A stretch of 53,657 nt of DNA from a virus (lineage: Duplodnaviria > Caudoviricetes), in IMG/VR virus record IMGVR_UViG_3300036715_001099, positions 1 to 53,657 of that record. The stretch is one strand, 5' to 3'. Both the position numbers and the translations under genes were made by a program. Below are positions 1 through 9,681 of this stretch, one piece after another; position 1 is the stretch's first letter, and each line of letters opens with the position of its first letter. Below the pieces are notes generated by a model. That model searched no databases. It had not been told where the DNA came from and saw only the letters and a program-made list of their open reading frames with translations.

Positions 1-1
1 A

Positions 2-101
2 GCGCTAGGCGCCCGCCCGGGCTGCTGCGCCGCGGGCCGCCACCCTGGTATGGGTAGCGGCCCGATCTCGCTCTGGGGAGGCCCTGGCGGGCGCCTAGCG
101 C
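2..101. repeat. 16-bp perfect inverted repeat (GCGCTAGGCGCCCGCC ... GGCGGGCGCCTAGCGC)
   Basis: Arms at 2-17 and 86-101 are exact reverse complements; non-coding region upstream of the packaging operon. Confidence 0.8.
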
Positions 102-238
102 GGCGAATTGGCCTGGCCCGGGTGCGCTAGCGGTAGCTCCGACAAAACAGCCGGGGTGCTGTGCGCTTAGGTTAGGAGGCCACGGCAGCTGGACGCCGCG
201 GTCTTCTGCCCTACCACCCACCATCCCAGGGGCCACCC

Positions 239-598
239 ATGTCGCAGCATCCGAGCCGTGCCGTCCGCCGCGTTGTTCACATCAAGCCGCTCGACGAAGT
301 CGTGTCGACGATCATTATCATCCCTGACAGCGTCAAGAATCCGCCGAGTCGCGGACTTGTGCTGGCCACGGGATCCGACGTCGTGGGATTCAAGTCTGGT
401 GACGAGGTTCTGCTGCGCAAGTTGGAGGGTGAGTACGTCACCGTCCCGGGCCACCCGCGCTTCATCGCCATCGACTTCGATCACATCCTGGCCGTGGTCG
501 AGCCCAATGACATCGCGATCAGCACGGTTTCGGGCAAGACGCCGGAGTACACAGGGAAGGCGGACGAGACCGGGAAGTATGCTGAGGACGAGTCATGA
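239..598 (+). CDS. groES: GroES/Cpn10-like co-chaperonin
   Basis: IIIPDSVKNPPSRGLVLATG...GDEVL...DHILAVVE matches the Cpn10 pattern (mobile loop IIIPD, G.V.A.G, GD.VL, ILAV). Confidence 0.8.
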   Translation: MSQHPSRAVRRVVHIKPLDEVVSTIIIIPDSVKNPPSRGLVLATGSDVVGFKSGDEVLLRKLEGEYVTVPGHPRFIAIDFDHILAVVEPNDIAISTVSGKTPEYTGKADETGKYAEDES

Positions 599-891
599 CG
601 TTCCTGGATTTCGTGGAGCAGATCAACCTCGCGCAGGCCAAGACGCCGATGGGCAAGAAGCCGCGAGTCTTCATCGTGTTCCCTGAGACGCTGCCCGGCA
701 AGTTCGCGCGCATTCAGTTTGAGGGGCCGGGCGGTACCGCGAACATCGAAGGCGACATCCTGGACAAGAAGTACATCGGCGGGAAGCCCGCTACAGCCTG
801 CGCATTCGACTGCGAAGAAGCCATGAAGGAGCTCGTTCGAGTTGGGCTGTGCGGCACTGAGGAGCCCTCGCTACTGCACAAGCTCTCATGA
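595..891 (+). CDS. hypothetical protein
   Basis: ATGA overlap with the upstream gene, phage-like codon usage. Confidence 0.65.
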   Translation: MTFLDFVEQINLAQAKTPMGKKPRVFIVFPETLPGKFARIQFEGPGGTANIEGDILDKKYIGGKPATACAFDCEEAMKELVRVGLCGTEEPSLLHKLS

Positions 892-1040
892 CGCGCACGC
901 GGCTCACGTCCATAGTCTTCCGAATCCGCAGGGATAAACTCAAGGTGCTCAAGGCGCTTGCACAGGCCACGCGTATCCGGCAGAGCGAGTATTTACGCGA
1001 AGCGATCGAGGACCTTCTCAAGAAGTACGACGCGGACTGA
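888..1040 (+). CDS. ribbon-helix-helix DNA-binding protein (50 aa, below ORF-track cutoff)
   Basis: Translated by hand: MTRTRLTSIVFRIRRDKLKVLKALAQATRIRQSEYLREAIEDLLKKYDAD; beta-strand/helix/SEYLREAI helix pattern of RHH; ATGA overlap. Confidence 0.75.
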   Translation: MTRTRLTSIVFRIRRDKLKVLKALAQATRIRQSEYLREAIEDLLKKYDAD

Positions 1041-1140
1041 CCGAGTGGGCGCCCAAAGCGCTCGCCCGGCGTCCCTAAACCGACGTTCAGAGGGTGGAGT
1101 GCCAAGCCACTGCGTATAGGGCTCGCACTCTTCGTACAAC

Positions 1141-1686
1141 ATGAAGAATCCGACTACCTCACCGACGTGCAAGGTGTGCAATCTTCCTGCCCAAGACCGG
1201 CACGATGTAGAGGTTGAGATCAACAAGGGGCTGTCGCTGTCGAAGGTCGCAGCCTTCATGCTGACCCGCGGATGTCATGCCACCCCGCGCGCAGTCAACA
1301 CTCACCGTCACAAACACATGGGCGTCACCGAGGCAGTCAAGGCGCTCATCGCCAAGAGCCAAGCATCTCAGGAGCTCGTCGCCACTGAGGTCGCCGCGCG
1401 GGTGGCTGACGCGTCCGGTCTGGACGAGGTGTTCAGCATTGCGCGCGAAGTAGCGTTGCAGCTGAAGCCGAAGATCCTATCGGGTTCGTTCTCGATGCAA
1501 GAGGCCATGATCTTCAAGTGGATGCTCGTGGAGATGCGCGAGGCTGTGGTGTCGAAGTCCGAGCTCGTCGACGGCAAGAGGCTGAACATCAGCGACACCG
1601 ACGGGTTATTCGGCTTCCTGGCGATTGGCCACACTCCCGGCTCGCGGCCCACGGAGGCGCGCACCGAGGACGACGATGGAGGCTGA
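1141..1686 (+). CDS. terS: probable terminase small subunit
   Basis: N-terminal CxxC plus HTH-like segment ending HRHKH, helical C-terminus, immediately upstream of and overlapping TerL. Confidence 0.6.
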   Translation: MKNPTTSPTCKVCNLPAQDRHDVEVEINKGLSLSKVAAFMLTRGCHATPRAVNTHRHKHMGVTEAVKALIAKSQASQELVATEVAARVADASGLDEVFSIAREVALQLKPKILSGSFSMQEAMIFKWMLVEMREAVVSKSELVDGKRLNISDTDGLFGFLAIGHTPGSRPTEARTEDDDGG

Positions 1687-3103
1687 TCACAGTGCGCTCA
1701 TGGCTCAACGCCTACTCCTACGCTGGCGCGACGACCCCGTTGCGTTTGCCAAGGAAGCGATGGGCATCAAGGCCATCTACGGACGTCAGGCCGAGATGCT
1801 GCGCGCAGTCGCAGGCAACGACCGGACCGCGGTGCGCTCGGGACACAAGGTCGGCAAGTCCACGAGCGCAGCTGTGCTCGCGTCGTGGTGGGTCGGCACG
1901 CGCAGGAAGGGCCGCGTCGTGATGACGAGCTCGGGCTTTCGCCAGGTGAAGGACATTCTGTGGCGCGAGCTACGACGCATCGTGCGCGAGGCACCACGCG
2001 GGCTCGGCGGCAAGATGTCGCTCGACCCGAGCAGCGGCTGGAAGTTCCGCGATGGGCGCGAAGTCATCGGACTGAGCGCGTCGGAGCCAGAGAAGATCGC
2101 CGGCTACTCGGGCGAAGAGATGCTGTTCATCCTCGACGAAGCATCGGGCATCAACGAGGAAATCTTCGAGGCTCTGGAAGGCAACCGCGCAGCTGACGGC
2201 ACGAAGATAGTGATGTTCAGCAACCCGACGCGTACGAGCGGAACGTTCTACGACGCGTTCAACACAAAGCAGAAGTTCTGGCACCGCATCCACATCAGCA
2301 GCAAGGAGTCTCCCAACGTCACCGGCGAGATGAAGATACCTGGCCTCGCCGGCCCTGGATGGCTCGCGGAGAAGCTCGAGGAGTGGGGCGCTACGAGCTC
2401 CATCTACCAAGTGCGCGTGGAGGGCAACTTCCCAACGCAGGGCTCCAACGCGGTCATCTCGCAGCACCACGTGGAGATGTCGCGCACGAAGCATGAGAGC
2501 AACGTGTTCAGCGGTCCGCTCTCCGTGGGTGTGGACGTTGCGCGCTTCGGCGACGACGAGTCCGTGATCCGCGGCAGACGCGGCAAGAAGGCGCTTCCCG
2601 CTGAGCACCTGGCGCACAACCGCACCGATGAGGTCGCGGACGCTGTGATTCAGTACGTGCGCAAGTGGAAGGGAGCCGAACTCGCCAAGCCGCGCGTCAA
2701 GGTTGACGTGATCGGCGTTGGTGGTGGCGTCGCGGACTACCTGAAGCGGCACTACTCCGGCGAGGTGGAGGTCGTGGAGGTCAACGTCAGCGAGGCCGCC
2801 ACAGCCACCGAGGGCATCGACAAGCACGGCGAGCGCAAGCCGACGTTCAGCAAGCTGCGCGATCAGCTGTGGTTTGCGATCGGTGACTGGCTGAAGGAAG
2901 GCGGAACATACGAAGCCGACGACAAGCTAGATCAGGAGCTCGTCGCCCCGACGTATGGCTTCGACGCGCAAGGTAGGCGGAAGGTGAGCAGCAAGGACGA
3001 GATGCGCAAGATCATCGGCCGCAGCCCTGACAGGGCCGACGCTCTCGGTCTGTGCGTCTACGAGCCGCCCGCGCCGGCGAGGGTCGTGGTGCTGTTCAGC
3101 TGA
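1676..3103 (+). CDS. terL: terminase large subunit
   Basis: Walker A RSGHKVGKS, Walker B LFILDEASG, coupling motif FSNP, RNase H-like GVDVARFGDD and SPDRADA; ATG at 1676 chosen over 1625. Confidence 0.95.
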   Translation: MEADHSALMAQRLLLRWRDDPVAFAKEAMGIKAIYGRQAEMLRAVAGNDRTAVRSGHKVGKSTSAAVLASWWVGTRRKGRVVMTSSGFRQVKDILWRELRRIVREAPRGLGGKMSLDPSSGWKFRDGREVIGLSASEPEKIAGYSGEEMLFILDEASGINEEIFEALEGNRAADGTKIVMFSNPTRTSGTFYDAFNTKQKFWHRIHISSKESPNVTGEMKIPGLAGPGWLAEKLEEWGATSSIYQVRVEGNFPTQGSNAVISQHHVEMSRTKHESNVFSGPLSVGVDVARFGDDESVIRGRRGKKALPAEHLAHNRTDEVADAVIQYVRKWKGAELAKPRVKVDVIGVGGGVADYLKRHYSGEVEVVEVNVSEAATATEGIDKHGERKPTFSKLRDQLWFAIGDWLKEGGTYEADDKLDQELVAPTYGFDAQGRRKVSSKDEMRKIIGRSPDRADALGLCVYEPPAPARVVVLFS

Positions 3104-3184
3104 CAAGACTGGCCGCTGCGTACCGACGGCCTGCGATCGCGCTCTGTGGCGCAATGCAAAGCGGATTGGCCGCCTCGGTGCGAT

Positions 3185-3259
3185 GGTGGGCTGGCGCAGC
3201 GCTGCACCAGACTAGGCGGACCCGAGAGGGGCCGCGGGGTTCGAATCCCCGCCCCACTG
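3185..3259 (+). ncRNA. tRNA-like element (acceptor stem + T arm, no recognisable anticodon arm)
   Basis: CGGGG-TTCGAAT-CCCCG T arm; GGTGGG(C)/(C)CCCACT acceptor pairing; TGGCGCAG D-arm-like start; GAGA-tetraloop hairpin in the middle. Confidence 0.45.
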
Positions 3260-3280
3260 TTCACATGAAGGAGTGTCACC

Positions 3281-3844
3281 ATGTCGAAGCACGTGAAGCT
3301 GAATCGGAACTACAAGCTGCTCAACGCAGGCGAAAGCTGCGAGCTCTCGGACGCCGAGGCCGGAGTGCTGATCGCCAGCGGCGGGGCCACCGAATGCGCA
3401 GTCCCCGAGGGCAAGCCGCGTAGCCCCGACGCCCCCGCGGAGACTGAGACGGTTCCCCGCGCGGTCGCCGACCAGCTGGCCTCGGAGCTCAGCGAGATCC
3501 AGAAGGACCACGCTGAGCTCTTCGACGCGCACGAGCAGCTGAAGTCCGAGCACGCGCAGCTGACGGCCGAGGGCGTGGACGTGACGCTCGACCCCGCCAC
3601 CGACGCCGTCATGGTCGCGAAGGTCAAGCTCTTCAAGAAGGAGAACCTCAACGCCGAGCTCAAGGACGACGGCCCGACCGCGCTGAACTTCGGCGCCATG
3701 GCCGACGTCGAGGGGAGCAACAAGAACTGGAGCAAGTTCACGCCGACCATGAGCGTGAACATGACGGTCGACAATCCCGGCCCTGCGGCGAAGCTCGCCC
3801 AGGACGCCGAGTACTACGTCTTCTTCGTACCGGTCAAGAAGTAG
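3281..3844 (+). CDS. hypothetical virion-associated protein
   Basis: AAGGAG RBS; small N-terminal domain similar to 11303..11590, central coiled coil; lies between terL and portal. Confidence 0.75.
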   Translation: MSKHVKLNRNYKLLNAGESCELSDAEAGVLIASGGATECAVPEGKPRSPDAPAETETVPRAVADQLASELSEIQKDHAELFDAHEQLKSEHAQLTAEGVDVTLDPATDAVMVAKVKLFKKENLNAELKDDGPTALNFGAMADVEGSNKNWSKFTPTMSVNMTVDNPGPAAKLAQDAEYYVFFVPVKK

Positions 3845-3880
3845 TTCACGGGCCCACGGGCCGAGCACTGAGGTCGCGAC

Positions 3881-6082
3881 ATGGCGGACAAGAACATCCT
3901 TCAGCGCGCGATTGAGTGGTTTCGTGGCGCTCCGCCTGACGTGTACGCGCCGAACTCGCTCGGGCCTGTGGGCCAGGCCATCACGGGAGCCCTGCCATAC
4001 GGACTCCCGCCCCAGCGCGGCTCGCGCGAACTTGCTATCGCAGGCAAGCGCGAGCCGTGGCTCTACGCAGTCACGGACAAGATTGGTCGTTCGCTGAGCG
4101 CGGTGCCCTGGCACTTGAGCGTCGCGCGTGACTCCTCGGGCAATGCTGATCCAATGCGTGCTCGGCAGTACAACCGCTTCCGCGCGCAGATCACGAACAC
4201 GTACGAACCGCAGGCTCGCAAGAAGTGGATGCGTGACCTGCGCCGCGAGATGGATCTCGAGCCCGTCTACGCGCACCCTTTGCTGGACCTCTTTGACAGG
4301 CCGAACCCGCTCCAGAGCGGCGTGCAGTTTCGCTCTCTGCTGGCGCGGCACATGGACCTCAGCGGCGAGATCTTCCTCGTGAAGGAGCGCAACGCTTTCG
4401 GGATGCCTGTGCAGCTGTGGCCCGTCCCGAACTTTTGGTGCCGACTGACGCCGTACTACGAGCGAAGTACCTTCATGTTCAGCTACGGCCTGTTCATGAA
4501 GGAACTCGCCGAGACCGAAGTGATATGGATGAAGCACCTGGATCTCGAGAATCCGTATGCTCGCGGCACGGGCGCAGGCTTCGCACTCGCCGACGTGATC
4601 GAGACGTTCAGCTACGCGCTCAAGACCGAGAAGGCGTTCTACTACAACAACGGCGTTCCGCCGATCATCGCCAGCATGGATGGCGCGAATGAGGATCAGG
4701 TCAAGGCCGTTCGCGAAGCCTGGGACCAGCGACACGGAGGCTACTGGAACGCGATGAAGGTGGCATGGGTCAACTTCAAGCTGACCATCGCGCAGCTGAC
4801 GCCCAAGTTCGCCGACTCGCAGATGCTCGAGCAGCAGAACCAGAAGCGCGACACTATCATCCAGATCTACGGCGTGCCGCCTGAGGTTCTCGGCATCGTG
4901 GAGCACAGCAACAAGGCTTCCGCGGTGACATCGAAAGGAATCTACGCTGAGCAGGTACTCGTCCCGCGGCTGGAGGACCAGCGCGAGATCTTCCAGATGC
5001 AACTCGTGCCCGAGTTCGACGACTCGCTGATCCTGGACTACACGTCGCCGATGCAAGACGATCGTGAACAAGACATCGAGACGCTGAGCAAGGTTCCGAA
5101 CGTTCTGAAGGTGAACGAGTGGCGCGGGCTCGGCGGCTTCGACCCTCACGACGACGACTCCGTGGGCGAAAAGATGTACGAGCTCCCTGCGACGGCAGTC
5201 GATCCCGCATCCGTGCAGCCGACCCCGACGTTCTCCGCTCCGAGAGCCCTGCGCGCTGCGCGTGGCGCTCGCTCGGAGGGCGACACAGGTGACCTGAGTA
5301 GCGAAGAGATCGAGCAGATGATTGCGGCGCTGGAGAAGGCCGGAAGCCTCGACGACCTGGCGAGCCTCACGGCCGACACGGTCAAGGACTTCGGCGACAC
5401 CTTCCTCAGTCAGGTGAAGGACTCCTACGCCGACGGCACGGTCCCCGACGCGATGAACATGAAGGACCCCAACGTCAAGGATTACATAGAGGACCAGGCC
5501 GGCGACCGTATCGCGGACATCGACGACACGACGAAGCAGAACCTGCGCGACTACTTGAAGAAGGCTGTTGAAGACGGCAAGAGCATCGACGAGATGATCG
5601 ACGATCTCGAGGCTGACGACAACCTGTCGTTCGGGGACTCGCGCTCGGAGGTCATCGCGCGGACCGAGGTGCTGAGCGCTTCGAACTTCGGTACGCTCGA
5701 GGGCTACCGACAGAGCGGCGTGGTCAGCAAGAAGGGCTGGATGGCCACGCCAGGGAGCGAGGGTAGCCGACCAAGCCACGAGGCGCTGGATGGCACGACC
5801 CTGGACCTGGACGACGAGTTCACGGACACGGCGACGGGCGCGACGGGCCAGCATCCGGGCGGCTTCGACGATCCGAGCAGTGACTGCAACTGCCGATGCT
5901 CGATCTATGCTGTGGTGGATGACCCTGAGACGAAGGCGCTGCGCGTTCACATGAAGCAAGACCATGCGGCGATCTTGGCGCAACGCGCTCCGCACGAGAA
6001 GAAAGTGCAAGCGGCGGCGAGGCGCGGGCTCCAACGCCAGCGCGACTTCGTGGTCCGCGCGCTGAGCAAGCTGTCCAAGTGA
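3881..6082 (+). CDS. portal protein fused to a MuF/SPP1 gp7-like head morphogenesis domain
   Basis: HK97-type portal motifs (HPLLDLFDRPNP, LSGEIF, IYGVPPEVLG, NEWR) followed by IARTE...KKGW..T...RPSH..LDG...HPG....CNCRC of the MuF family. Confidence 0.9.
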   Translation: MADKNILQRAIEWFRGAPPDVYAPNSLGPVGQAITGALPYGLPPQRGSRELAIAGKREPWLYAVTDKIGRSLSAVPWHLSVARDSSGNADPMRARQYNRFRAQITNTYEPQARKKWMRDLRREMDLEPVYAHPLLDLFDRPNPLQSGVQFRSLLARHMDLSGEIFLVKERNAFGMPVQLWPVPNFWCRLTPYYERSTFMFSYGLFMKELAETEVIWMKHLDLENPYARGTGAGFALADVIETFSYALKTEKAFYYNNGVPPIIASMDGANEDQVKAVREAWDQRHGGYWNAMKVAWVNFKLTIAQLTPKFADSQMLEQQNQKRDTIIQIYGVPPEVLGIVEHSNKASAVTSKGIYAEQVLVPRLEDQREIFQMQLVPEFDDSLILDYTSPMQDDREQDIETLSKVPNVLKVNEWRGLGGFDPHDDDSVGEKMYELPATAVDPASVQPTPTFSAPRALRAARGARSEGDTGDLSSEEIEQMIAALEKAGSLDDLASLTADTVKDFGDTFLSQVKDSYADGTVPDAMNMKDPNVKDYIEDQAGDRIADIDDTTKQNLRDYLKKAVEDGKSIDEMIDDLEADDNLSFGDSRSEVIARTEVLSASNFGTLEGYRQSGVVSKKGWMATPGSEGSRPSHEALDGTTLDLDDEFTDTATGATGQHPGGFDDPSSDCNCRCSIYAVVDDPETKALRVHMKQDHAAILAQRAPHEKKVQAAARRGLQRQRDFVVRALSKLSK

Positions 6083-6088
6083 GGCAAC

Positions 6089-6289
6089 ATGAAAGTCACG
6101 AACGACGTGCGCGTGCAGCGGCAAGCGGAGAAGGACGGTCCGTGGATGGACGTCCTCTACTGTTCTGAGGTCCACGCGCAGAGTGCCACGCACGTCGGTC
6201 CTGACGGCGACGAGGTGTTGGTTGGCGTGGCGTTCCGTGTGATGGACCAGGCGACGTGGACCGAAGTTCCCATCGTGGAGGCATCTTGA
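6089..6289 (+). CDS. hypothetical protein
   Basis: GAGG RBS, tightly packed in operon. Confidence 0.55.
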   Translation: MKVTNDVRVQRQAEKDGPWMDVLYCSEVHAQSATHVGPDGDEVLVGVAFRVMDQATWTEVPIVEAS

Positions 6290-6558
6290 AGATCACGTCC
6301 GAGTTGCAGGCGCAGCAGATGCGTCCCGACGGTTACTGGTTTGAGATCGCCAGCGCGATCGAGGTCGACGCCGAGGCGGGCCTGGCCACGCTCGCCGGCC
6401 CCACGGGCGCCGTCGCTCAGGCGGGCATTTACCGCGTCGTGGACGCCGCGACGGGCGAGGTGCTGGCCGCAACGAGCTTCACCGCGAATGTGAAGGCCCC
6501 GGAACCTGACCACGCAGTTTCGCCTCTCAGTGCAGGCACTACGGAGCCGACGAAGTGA
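6286..6558 (+). CDS. hypothetical protein
   Basis: TTG start overlapping the upstream stop (TTGA), GGAGG RBS. Confidence 0.5.
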   Translation: MKITSELQAQQMRPDGYWFEIASAIEVDAEAGLATLAGPTGAVAQAGIYRVVDAATGEVLAATSFTANVKAPEPDHAVSPLSAGTTEPTK

Positions 6559-6830
6559 AGACGATTCCAACGCTCGAGGACGAAGTGATGCGACTCGCCG
6601 CGCTGAATTGGTGCGGGAAGCTCGAGGTGAAATGGGAGTCAGGTAATATTCGCAGCGCCAGGAAGACCAACCGGGGCTACGTACGACACGATCACCTCGG
6701 CGCTGCGGTCGTAGTACTCGAGGAGTTGAGCACCCTGCGCGGTGCTCGCTTCTTCGGCGACACAACCATCGAGTTCTTTGACGGGACCACGAGCATGACC
6801 GTGGTGACCGAGTCTGTCAGGGTGAAGTGA
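6555..6830 (+). CDS. hypothetical protein
   Basis: GTGA overlap; fills the gap before the protease. Confidence 0.55.
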   Translation: MKTIPTLEDEVMRLAALNWCGKLEVKWESGNIRSARKTNRGYVRHDHLGAAVVVLEELSTLRGARFFGDTTIEFFDGTTSMTVVTESVRVK

Positions 6831-6831
6831 C

Positions 6832-8337
6832 ATGAAGAACATCATCGTGTACGACCGAGAGCGCAAGGTGCCGCGCTACCTCAGCGACAAGGACTATCGC
6901 CGAGCGGACGCTGCGACTCGCTCCAGCGTGGGCGTGCGTCTCGGGTTGGGCTCTGTCGTGCGCAGCATGGAGAGCGACAAGCCTGGCACGCCGATCACCT
7001 TCATCTGCTCTACGGGCTCTGTCGACCGCTACGACAGCACCATCGCGGTCGACGGGTGGGACCTCAGCAACTTCGCGCGGAACGCGATCATGCCGTGGTG
7101 TCACAAGACCGAACAGCCTCCCATCGCGCGCTGGCAGAATTGGCGCACCGAGGACGACGCGCTCAAGATGGATGCCGTCTTCGTGCCGCTGGCATCGGAC
7201 CACGACTGGGCGAAGTTCGCGCTCATGATCGAGGAGATGTACCGCAAGCATCTGATGAACGCCGTGTCGGTGGGCTTCATCCCTGTGAAGTACGAGATCG
7301 CAACCGACCGCGACGACGGCGAGTCGTGGATGCCGCCGATTGACTACCTCGAGCAGGAATTGACCGAGTGTTCCGCGGTGCCCGTGCCAGGCCAGGCCGA
7401 AGCGTTGGCCGAAGGGCGCAGCGTCGCGGACCCGTTCCTCAAAGCGCGAGCCGCGGGTGTGGACATGAGCCCCATGATCCGGCACCTGGAGCGCACCATG
7501 GAGGAGCTCAACGGTTCCGGGCTGTGGGTGCGGCGTGACGTCGCCGAGCAGCTTCGTACTGAGCTCGGGGGCTCAAAGACCTACAGCATTCCGGCGCAGC
7601 CGGGAAAGGAGCAGACCGTGGAACGCAAGAAGGTGCGGCTGGTCGTGGAGTGCAACGTCGCTGACGTGGAGCGCATGTGCGCCGAGCTCAGCAAGAAGGC
7701 GCGCAACGGAGGCGGTGTGGTTCTTCGCGCCGAGCCCGTGGAAGAGGACGACGGCGGGGACGCGACGGAGGCCTTCAAGTCTATCGCCAAGGACTTCGGC
7801 AAGCACGTCGCCGCTCTGGGCGACGTGACCAAGTCGCTCGGCAAGGCGAGCGACGCGTTCGGCGGTCACGACATGGCCTTCGTGAAGCATGCCGAGGCCT
7901 TCGGTACGGTCGCGAAGAGCCTCGCCGCGTCGGTCGACGCGCTGAAGCCCAACGTCGACCCGAAGAGCACGGCCAACAAGACTGCGCCGACGGGCGAGGC
8001 GCGGGGCGGCGCGAGCCACAAGCTGAGCTCGGCGAACTCGGCGGACCACAAGCTCGCGATGACGTCGGCGCGCGGTGCGCTCGACGCGCTGACCCGGATC
8101 GAGTCGCGGCAGAACGGCAACGACGCGGCCGATGGCGAGACGGGGACTGACAAGTCCGGCGCCGACAAGACGACTGGCACCGACGCGTCGGAGACGAAGA
8201 CGGCGCCCACCCCGGTGACGCTGAGCGCCGAGGAGCAGAAGAAGGCCGCGCTGGAGGCGAAGGTGAAGGACCTCCAGCTGAAGCTCGACGCGGCCGAGCA
8301 GCGTGCCACTGGCAAGATCCCCCCGAAGCGCTCGTAG
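6832..8337 (+). CDS. HK97-family prohead protease with long C-terminal scaffold-like extension
   Basis: VDRY....GWDL.NF.RN..M.W.H, AVSVGFIP, ELTECSAVPVP motifs; Ala/Lys-rich and coiled-coil C-terminus. Confidence 0.88.
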   Translation: MKNIIVYDRERKVPRYLSDKDYRRADAATRSSVGVRLGLGSVVRSMESDKPGTPITFICSTGSVDRYDSTIAVDGWDLSNFARNAIMPWCHKTEQPPIARWQNWRTEDDALKMDAVFVPLASDHDWAKFALMIEEMYRKHLMNAVSVGFIPVKYEIATDRDDGESWMPPIDYLEQELTECSAVPVPGQAEALAEGRSVADPFLKARAAGVDMSPMIRHLERTMEELNGSGLWVRRDVAEQLRTELGGSKTYSIPAQPGKEQTVERKKVRLVVECNVADVERMCAELSKKARNGGGVVLRAEPVEEDDGGDATEAFKSIAKDFGKHVAALGDVTKSLGKASDAFGGHDMAFVKHAEAFGTVAKSLAASVDALKPNVDPKSTANKTAPTGEARGGASHKLSSANSADHKLAMTSARGALDALTRIESRQNGNDAADGETGTDKSGADKTTGTDASETKTAPTPVTLSAEEQKKAALEAKVKDLQLKLDAAEQRATGKIPPKRS

Positions 8338-8414
8338 TCTGTAGTCCCACCGTCAACACAAACTGAATCACGCACGGTACGGGTCCAGCCCGATCCGCTT
8401 GCTAAGGAGAAAGC

Positions 8415-9674
8415 ATGGATCTCGAACTCGTGGTTTCCCAGATGGAGAAGCAGCTGGCCAACATCGACTCCCGACTGGCGCAGACGCCCGTCACCACGAA
8501 CGCCACGGACCTGGCCTCGCGGGCTGCGGCGGAGGCGCAGCGCGGCGAGGTCACGAGCGTTCACCGCGTCGCGGACGCCTTCGACATGTACGGAGGCAAA
8601 GGCTTGATGTTCGCCCGCGCCATGCGTGCCTCAGCCGCGCTGGTCAAGGCGCCCCACGGCACCGACCAGGCCGCGACCCTGCGCGCCTGGAAGCTGCCCG
8701 AGAACATGCTGGACCGGACCAACGAGCAGCGCGTCAACCGCGCCCTCTCGGAAGGCACGGGCGCAGCGGGCGGCACCATGGACCCCGATCGCTACGCGAC
8801 GGAGGTCATCGAGATCCTCCGCGCGAAGCTCGTCGTGCTGAAGGCGGGCATCCCCTCCATCCAGATGGAAGGGCAGTCGATGACCCTGCCGCGGCAGGCG
8901 ACTGACGTGACGGGCGCGTGGGTCGGCGAGCAGCAGGACGCGCCGGCGACCGGCCTGACCACCGACGCCGTCCAGCTGTCGCTCAAGAAGTACATGGCCA
9001 ACGTCCCGGTCTCCAACGACCTCCTCCGCGACGCCATCGTGGCCGCGGACGTGCTCGTGCGCGACTCGCTGATCGCCGTGGCCATGCTCGCCCTGGACCT
9101 CGCGATGCTGCGCGGCGCGGGGACGCAGTACACGCCGCGAGGCATCCGCAACGCGACGGTGAGCGGCAACATCTTCAGTTCGTCCGCAGGCTCGGGTGCC
9201 AACACGCTGACCACGGCGCTGAGCGACCTGGCGAAGCTGGGCTTCCTCATCGACAACGCCAACGTGCCGCAGGTCAAGCCCGCGCTGTTCTGCAACCCGC
9301 GCTACAAATGGGGCCTGTACCAGCTGCGCGACTCGGTCGGCCGCCCCTTCTTCGAGGACATGTTCGAGACGAAGATGCTCCAGGGCGTGCCGTACTACGA
9401 CACGACGCAGATCCCGAACACCCTGTCGGGCGGCGGCTCGGGCGGCTCGCAGGAGTCCGAAGTGTACCGCATCGAGGCGACGCAGTGGCTCATGGGCCTC
9501 GGCATGATGCCGACCATCGAGACCAGCCGAGAGGCGGCGTACCCGGACGCGAACTCGACGATGCAGTCGTCGTTCACCCGCGACGAGACGCTCATCCGCG
9601 TCGTGGTCCGCGCCGACCTCCAGCCGCGACACCCGCAGTCGGCCGCGGTCGCGATCGGCAACACCCTCCAGTAA
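8415..9674 (+). CDS. major capsid protein (HK97 fold)
   Basis: GG...P.....VIE.LR, LPRQ......WVGE, VSNDLLRD, LRGAG....PRGI, QLRDSVGRP; AAGGAG RBS; strong codon bias. Confidence 0.93.
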   Translation: MDLELVVSQMEKQLANIDSRLAQTPVTTNATDLASRAAAEAQRGEVTSVHRVADAFDMYGGKGLMFARAMRASAALVKAPHGTDQAATLRAWKLPENMLDRTNEQRVNRALSEGTGAAGGTMDPDRYATEVIEILRAKLVVLKAGIPSIQMEGQSMTLPRQATDVTGAWVGEQQDAPATGLTTDAVQLSLKKYMANVPVSNDLLRDAIVAADVLVRDSLIAVAMLALDLAMLRGAGTQYTPRGIRNATVSGNIFSSSAGSGANTLTTALSDLAKLGFLIDNANVPQVKPALFCNPRYKWGLYQLRDSVGRPFFEDMFETKMLQGVPYYDTTQIPNTLSGGGSGGSQESEVYRIEATQWLMGLGMMPTIETSREAAYPDANSTMQSSFTRDETLIRVVVRADLQPRHPQSAAVAIGNTLQ

Positions 9675-9681
9675 CGGAGGG

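Noticed and set aside
3185-3259. Functional tRNA gene or attP site
   Set aside because: No 7-nt anticodon loop can be drawn and no integrase was found; kept only as a tRNA-like element
3212-6193. 993-aa minus-strand ORF and other long antisense ORFs (e.g. 8631-9827, 13831-15048, 17709-19208, 33196-34509, 37821-39419, 44313-45893)
   Set aside because: Shadow frames opposite well-supported genes; high GC3 codon bias removes stops on the antisense strand, and the translations are Arg/Leu/Val/His-rich with no motifs
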